Virus record (IMG/VR): IMGVR_UViG_3300045988_019421
Coordinates: 31,999 to 95,998 of that record
Reading direction: 5' to 3' (one strand)
DNA length: 64,000 nt
DNA from: a virus
Below the pieces are notes generated by a model. The model made no database searches, was not told where the DNA came from, and saw nothing but the letters and a program-made list of their open reading frames with translations. Shown here in pieces: positions 62,001 through 64,000 of the stretch. Numbering within the stretch: the first letter of the stretch is position 1; each line of letters starts with the position of its first letter. Both the position numbers and the translations under genes were made by a program.

Positions 62001-63008
62001 GCTACCTATAAAGAAGATACTAAAGAAGAAAGAACTAAGTTCGAGAATCATCCTTCTTTTAGAGAAAGTCTTATCTTGAAGAATGGTGTTGCTACTCTTA
62101 AACCTGACAGTGGTCTTACTAATGATGATATTGCAGCTTTCCGTAATAAGGTTATATCAGTTAATCATCAAATACATGGTATCTATGATAAGATTGGTGC
62201 TAATCAATTACAACAATCTTGGTGGGGAGCTTTACTAATGCAGTTCCATAAACACTTAGTTCCTGGATTCCAAAAACGTTTTGGTTATCGTTTAGGTCAT
62301 TTTGACGGTATATATAACGAAACTAGAGAATCTATTAGTAAAGGAACTTATGTTAGTTTAGGTGAGTTTATAGCAATGCCATTTAAGAAATACTACGAAC
62401 TTAATGATAGTAACGAACTTCAAGCTGTTCGTACTCTTCAAGGTATTGCTAAAGGTTATGCAGATTTTGTAGCTAATCTTACTACTTATTATAATATTCT
62501 TCCTGAATATGATAAAGCTAATATTCGTAGATGTTTAGGTGAATGGATAGGTATTGTTAAAACAGTTGCATTATTTGTAGCAGGTAAGTTGATGCTTGAT
62601 GATGATGACGATTCTACACAAGTAGCAGATTATATTCTATATAGTGCTGACCGTCTAATGTCTGAAACTATTCAGTATACTCCATGGGGTATGATTAATG
62701 AAGGACAGAAACTATATAGTCAACCTGTTGCAGCATTTAGTATTGCACAGGACACTCTTAGATTATTAGGAGCTTGTTGTAGTTATATAATTACTGGTAA
62801 CTCTGATGATTTATATTATAGTTCAGGTAGTTACTCTGGTGAAAATAAACTTGCAGTAAACTTCTTTAAACAAGTACCATTAGTTAATCAAATTAGAAAA
62901 CATGAAAGACTTGGTGCTAATAATAGTTACTATAAAGTTCGTAGTAGTCCGTTTAGTGGTTTAGGTCAAGTTATTGCTAATATGATTACTGGTGAAGATG
63001 AAGAATAA
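50028..63008 (+). CDS. Giant virion-packaged RNA polymerase-like protein (crAss-type, DxDxD), with an embedded YpsA/SLOG-like domain
   Basis: About 4326 aa from ATG 50028 (the ORF track uses TTG 49992; an alternative ATG is at 50124). In-frame GAC TTT GAT ATT GAC (DFDID) at 55131-55145 within VVPDEWVLQTGADFDIDSIYG. SGGQTGADESGAKAG at 52704 onward. Confidence 0.7.
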   Translation: MVSDYSINIFDSVDNNAIFDTVSNYLINNIKYMSCTPSNPKLDKLLELTNNDVRKSTEYLATIEDTSFREWYQEKTGRDFNEESIDANTVNAVIAYNNRETINTQDYVQNVRTSRTGVFGNDIAKEDHAINILSTIYLKSQGSIRKALANRKRKGEKEVLKDKAGNELSPQAAVKLTMITYLNRHLKENDKKLTQEQKAYIGTIIRNLYDGGNYNRNELFDIVINSPEVISLSKEFGIDTNEDYETNDDAKEGSEQDSRQEDPETIASLRADWSELADQRKDIDKNVSKEVKEWFARLPKTNSNSFINEKPDTASDTYSGIAESVGFSSSFKALNNYGNFSSVEAMVESFHTIAERFKEVSHLEYAARLLEDEANVQIRNKIFTQLKQSIWERNEVIQSADGSNVVTKNRNTFPKLNLQNKILNSFDSLVHNPSIMNGDVAVLEELKNRLSTLNNSDTNEIQEISEELAAIFNKYNFGINRQGVINYIRSFGDSQLSNITSLVNDLLEFNKVVANASNILKIDNEAQRIYYAGEYSKAKNDEEYTVVPFDKSQLQYKGGYANNIANRISDRFKDYQIVDSEFNSINAENNLVSDILKNNYISKFFERINDNRYNDNPTSNVELRDYLVKFTNIPQYQYSNILIEKTLSNGKVIPGLLRLTDTGYELTEYYREFGAQLYNGVSNEVTGKAKSYKDINALEWDIITLNEYANNGDNYEMAKGVKKSKFFTQTPSDAPKTFVFNSYKLDINDLFIRQTTGSEIIFEQSSSENYNERTNINANADVTIAFAMDFTTAGEKVTKKYVENNNKLYIPIDMKNLKGVTIEEIADKIIDNINKKYSSLFQRDISINIAGNGIYTFERYNINQNRIDSFIYNVLRNVINSPKLNVKVNLIRSGGQTGADESGAKAGKQLGIKTIVLAPKGYRFRRSDNRDIFSESEFKSRFGKFNSSSVTSINHNHPIYIAYANIYAKELAEMAQAINFLFETTVENGVVTIVSDENGKPKIKEEFKDLRKSEARLNYHYRKSILDSNGNPTGNVFKFRSLLIDKVNKIDNYKYSSSEIAKRVDMNWLFEEGSVFSLLYGGKNSEISLIQDENGEYNIRLTGGLRNSVYNYIDNYINYRIQEAITKYSSDKEFVDKYKNASQESFNAFISEMVLNYEIQYNNLNDIFFGDEAYYKDSRDTIKRNKEYQAGGLAYAGYDLYNVQKHLGDITVAPNKTISVDSSFKYITLEDVQSSGKVLDDLKKQLDIANVSKETRAFILKQFSKDKSEVTDAQSFITLDEFVRRMYLRGEYDSYKDLIEALYDETKPIDNVKLGELSKKIQVQKNFYYDLEIDNDAKLANPIQIKNAEFVLIPRFLGNSELGALAKYMTDNNIGQVNFTTTEKATTNRVLEFWDSHGKFPSKEKLKRFNLDIQTKYKTGWYSNLYTQQDIPQHMDGENKAGLQIVKKLIDNIGNTPEGQSLIKDFFDNFTANIQDSFKDAASRIGVEIDAKGNVVYEGNQVKIDNNKFISLIKDELTRRGLDSNYRKYAEINPETGLPYMPTWTNLVRSKIENIVNSIFTNRVTRQVLPGFHASQVSDIGMTELSGRSDLRDLMQSRVEEKHGYSLGRKLTYHKDGSQIVEILLPKWMVKAYNTYDSEGNLVNEVTLEDLQSAGLDTMIGYRIPTEGKQSVAVMKVVGLLDESQGSTIVVPDEWVLQTGADFDIDSIYGIYHTATFDKNGKPQKVEYIEGEDDAAVNRRYNNYLFNNLSKENIQDARDIAIDLSQEGLSYAEAYESAITKYAEQGGLYSKEEFSKLTVAQQNTRDARNNKIVDTFIKIMNLPVSIGENLSSSNFEDIKAAKANIFEGLSETYRNINSVIAQNWYRDANMSGARLKAISVNRDNFASISNKAKTIVDGAHGGFRFTYTYSTEKEAKDAQSKLRKRFRDVTRKGKEVTVDHNQLGWSYDNLNIDNRLITPYSSETTALILDGVKEGGVPNVDLYTFDVYKSIVDCGANYETSILFINQPVITELIARQNANDNVFGETGFNPLIGLRRDMYVRLAKAVGIPTNSITKKTRLKDVKKMLESRGIEINEDELLEEGIKVTELREHLKDDVENVSSTNTDNLIYQIKALRAFEYFKEIGDQINSNMMVITSDKFGAGKSANEIDNVINRINDIKENNVGRIKKGQPVLKAVTEEGNKYLIDAIYPKTNFNTINDINKDELESAYPSLYYQLKYSCIATEKIIRDSEIFKTQTPQFRELVSKFGIRNLQTIQQLESFIINMSQAQSNFVNTNRFITKSDNEFIPSYNINLISSQQDTRARLYGYTDIVGSFDMSDMSEKNVEAFMKLSPANKVALIQRYTSDNNLFKNLNVEYKGRRNSYNRITIVDSTISTESQYQMFRNAWHNNNPFIKLATMDLIRYSMVVEGYKFKGGTVSKIIPVELLYGQDTGIDSDNGVSSATNIINDSDRAINSMIQYGSETGTYERASNDAATIEKLRDLFFRTNPNNPDVLVFENKKYKESNKITFNRLDVGRLSFKEAQERGMITGSENNRRYRYYAKTNDNNKTLRLYKLVYYNDTVYMLPTNPLEQNEIGEVSVNPDNNRMFLPLDILEDVSINQYDAAFISSVNIGITSDTRKFMVLPTVFERGADTLIEEVFPNSIVLTSPIKEQQIDTSRKYIVAITDNNTLLETIESLDAAGVHDYVVAAPNMNYNNIRRIINERNNADIAAKRLQAAMTKLDANEVQLRKKKSDNSESPYYAQLKASINQTINDVNVNGIGFVPVLQTVIDNTGFRPNGYFRYEKEGNVYIVTNLGRITTKSVSLTPDYSYSRKTIINSVSQLEFPRRNALTQVVKENARLDKFANNNIIRVQTEENFINEDVLESALVDNDREINEYISRVIESVERSNANVEEAALNDAFRSFASIDLRSNTATKLNDNLREQALKIINGYTNRRIDDFLFDIHNFYTTYVTNPDGTYKLDENGNKIVMEKWGITNKKLFDRMLEDETLRTRYEMFLDDINRFVEDYSIIEAIQPYDIDEAHSVSETEEEIEGLRRTNDMLKQIKDKFKRIKDLDNVVKRSTKMYFDSYITSLSSDPRVQSNMLSITEAFEDENFFQFWLADSQETHIPIVQIVLKQMMNQLRASEINARDRKITFTSAISAIIEDAKSNGVNVSLNDILDENGNLLLLYNESFTDKLRSLKEAVKLAQIDDPNGRDGLIYKKAKDELEKFLIDNVERENVKEFYQDYYDMNQILNKYPQTYVKLMKILHEEGDILSTMIDNDYSTLTVQNARRLEELRNELAEMRATIDMDGNYKENYQEANAVNNYLSRRRQLNNKYKESKPKDAFTIRYKQAIEGLQYPETSETYRESVEWLKANTDYKLKGEFLEELKKAYMDTRLGNPFDSFVRTMAYGKYDSEGVIDGTKFTDVQIANLKKHQEQMFAAAVGRVKPNEQKAQEWLDNHVSYINTVYYEAMYVAMNKMGKVVFDKWYNENHVLNPITKEYEPLAIWKQMVVKDEANNMEYSPKYKWLETKVKDQYKNPNYDEVKLQPSTNKYRNDKYYGMNNYQQQLYNEVDSLLNELVKDKRSRAYINRGYLPNQAIEQPSQGFADYWQDFKRSHGWYDTPNKSDIELNLYKRFSNAPMLHSLSEVKLLPIREQQEGETKEEYLTYVRETQAKNNELRKQRAQENAERNNPNVLERLNSFIDSMYNFNTRNDIARLAKITSNQLRNMDIIKRNPNDKLMDNRLLSRITGKQEIRTTKSDDSNIVKHFENQVRKLVFNEFEMDEGTRSKVSRVMRNMVSSKFMMLNITGGIANVLYGKTQIQMEMAAGQFFKYKDFRKGENEWMQNIGSYLADAYNETTNNETNAVIRLFNVIESDMVTERYGKGSNPMGKLENLLFIQQTAGEHYMQNATLLAMLHSHRVVAVNGKNKVMSFEQFAMRLREEALLKVLRKNNPELVTKYETFRDKVLESYIEKERYVKFKADIITDFLRSVPKEIREEFKATYKEDTKEERTKFENHPSFRESLILKNGVATLKPDSGLTNDDIAAFRNKVISVNHQIHGIYDKIGANQLQQSWWGALLMQFHKHLVPGFQKRFGYRLGHFDGIYNETRESISKGTYVSLGEFIAMPFKKYYELNDSNELQAVRTLQGIAKGYADFVANLTTYYNILPEYDKANIRRCLGEWIGIVKTVALFVAGKLMLDDDDDSTQVADYILYSADRLMSETIQYTPWGMINEGQKLYSQPVAAFSIAQDTLRLLGACCSYIITGNSDDLYYSSGSYSGENKLAVNFFKQVPLVNQIRKHERLGANNSYYKVRSSPFSGLGQVIANMITGEDEE

Positions 63009-63036
63009 CTAACTTAAATATTACAACTCATAGGAA

Positions 63037-63075
63037 AGCCCGAACTGCTCGTGAGAGTAATTCGGGCTAATTTTT
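63037..63075. terminator. Bidirectional terminator between convergent genes
   Basis: AGCCCGAA (63037-63044) pairs with TTCGGGCT (63061-63068). It is followed by AATTTTTATATTT on the + strand and preceded by an A-rich tract that serves the minus strand. Confidence 0.55.
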
Positions 63076-63102
63076 ATATTTAAAAAAGTTTGTAATTTCT
63101 AG

Positions 63103-63594
63103 CTATCCATTAGAATATAGTTTAATATATTCAGATATAAACTTATTTCTATCTCCCATGAACATCATATTGTGATTAATGATATAAATATTATTTTTAT
63201 CATTAACAGCTTTAGCAATAAAATTAGCATTTATAAGTTGTTGAATACCATCATTTATTCTAGGTTGACTAACAGATAGTTCTTTTGAAATCTTAGTCTG
63301 ATTCAATACTATCCAATTAGAATTAAATTTAATATTTCTATAAATGTAATTCAGCATAGACAAACCATGAGTCTTTAAGTATCTTAGATTAGACATTCCA
63401 TCAAAATATAATTGCATAAAACTACCAGTATATCTTACCTTTTCATCTTTGATTAGAACAATATCTACTCCATATTTATTAGCTATCTGTTGAAGCTCAT
63501 CAAAAGCATTATTACTATAATCTTTTGGATTAATATTGAAAGGAAATATAGTAGGTTTAATAAGACTACTATCAACATTGACATTAGTTCCCAT
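63103..63594 (-). CDS. wHTH DNA-binding protein, RepL-like replication/regulatory protein (first gene of the opposite-strand module)
   Basis: 163-aa ORF. Its HTH-like segment LNQTKISKELSVSQPRINDGIQQLINANFI resembles the RepL/wHTH pattern. Iteron-like repeats lie immediately upstream. Confidence 0.45.
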   Translation of the reverse strand: MGTNVNVDSSLIKPTIFPFNINPKDYSNNAFDELQQIANKYGVDIVLIKDEKVRYTGSFMQLYFDGMSNLRYLKTHGLSMLNYIYRNIKFNSNWIVLNQTKISKELSVSQPRINDGIQQLINANFIAKAVNDKNNIYIINHNMMFMGDRNKFISEYIKLYSNG

Positions 63595-63623
63595 ATATGT
63601 ATGTTAATTAATTGTTAATACCG

Positions 63624-63655
63624 CCAAATTTATACAGTTTTGCGTATAAAATCAA
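63624..63655 (-). promoter_or_regulatory. Probable Bacteroides-type promoter for the minus-strand gene
   Basis: The + strand CAAATTTA at 63624-63631 is TAAATTTG (TAnnTTTG) on the minus strand, 30 nt upstream of the ATG at 63594. The -33 region is T-rich (GATTTTAT) and overlaps repeat 1. Confidence 0.45.
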
Positions 63656-63692
63656 GCAATTTCACTATTATTTTATACAGTTTTGCGTATAA
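63629..63692. repeat. Two exact 21-nt direct repeats TTTATACAGTTTTGCGTATAA (iteron/operator-like)
   Basis: Copies at 63629-63649 and 63672-63692, 43 nt apart start to start. Each contains the inverted half-sites TATAC-N8-GTATA. Confidence 0.85.
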
Positions 63693-63840
63693 TTTAAATC
63701 ATCTAACTAACTGATAATCAATGAATTAACATAAAATTAACACTATAATAAGATAAAGACTTCTTATATAATATAGATTTATCATTTAGATATGCAAATA
63801 TACTATTAAATTTTTAATTAACTTAGCTTTACTATATCCC

Positions 63841-63940
63841 GCTCGCCTATCGGCTCGCTTTCTTCCCCCATAAAGGAGTAGGTTTACCGATAATTCCACT
63901 CCTTTATGGGGGATTTAGCGAGCTTGCGAGCGTAGGCAAG
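63841..63940. repeat. About 100-nt imperfect palindrome built on a perfect inverted pair of the TCCCCCATAAAGGAG motif
   Basis: TCCCCCATAAAGGAG (63864-63878) and CTCCTTTATGGGGGA (63899-63913) are separated by a 20-nt spacer. The outer arms are GCTCGCCTATCGGCTCGCT and AGCGAGCTTGCGAGCGTAGGC. Confidence 0.9.
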
Positions 63941-64000
63941 TCCAGCAATACAACTATCTTTAATACGTTGGTTTTATCCAAGTACAGTTTAAAAAAAAAG

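Noticed and set aside
1-64000. Stop-codon reassignment (TAG or TGA recoding), known in some crAss-like lineages.
   Set aside because: All large genes, including 2-4.3k-aa ORFs, are open under the standard code, so no recoding is needed in this window.
1-64000. CRISPR array, integrase/lysogeny module, or diversity-generating retroelement.
   Set aside because: There are no regularly spaced direct repeats. There is no tyrosine/serine recombinase-like or reverse-transcriptase-like ORF. I noticed no 100-150-nt template/variable repeat pair near the tail-fibre C-termini.
63988-64000. The A9 run at the very end of the window as a genome terminus or poly-A artefact.
   Set aside because: It cannot be judged from one window edge. 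Homopolymer A/T runs of this length are common in this AT-rich sequence.

Overview
AT-rich (about 30% GC by eye), gene-dense dsDNA phage sequence. Almost all genes are on the + strand. I read it as the morphogenesis, tail and virion-cargo module of a crAss-like (Crassvirales-type) phage of a Bacteroidota host. Order of features: a partial upstream ORF, large terminase, small membrane ORF, portal, scaffold-like gene, MCP-sized gene, small structural ORFs, and three very large tail or receptor-binding proteins. These carry an LTD plus a purple-acid-phosphatase-like metallophosphoesterase, a LamG/CotH-like/LRR combination, and four LamG-like modules. Next come small membrane (holin-like) ORFs, a second structural block, and three giant consecutive ORFs of 922, 2019 and about 4326 aa. 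The last has an in-frame DFDID motif, as in the crAss-type virion RNA polymerase. The 2019-aa ORF carries a C-terminal HExxH motif. A convergent terminator at about 63.05 kb separates this module from a minus-strand wHTH/RepL-like gene with upstream iteron-like repeats and a large palindrome. Three operon starts carry the Bacteroides-type promoter TTTG-N19-TAnnTTTG. I saw no rRNA, tRNA, CRISPR array, integrase or stop-codon recoding. The most unusual signal is a roughly 15-nt motif, TCCCCC-N-TA-R-AG(G)AG. It accounts for every C5/G5 run I could find by eye (about 20). It occurs in both orientations, in coding and non-coding DNA, twice as intergenic inverted pairs, and three times in frame as SPI(E/K)EQQ(V/I) in the three giant cargo/RNAP proteins. 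Other points worth a second look: a YpsA/SLOG-like SGGQTGAD domain embedded in the RNAP giant protein, GC-rich structured intergenic islands sharing short motifs, and compositional mosaic patches inside giant ORFs. All product calls rest on motifs read by eye plus synteny; no homology search was possible.
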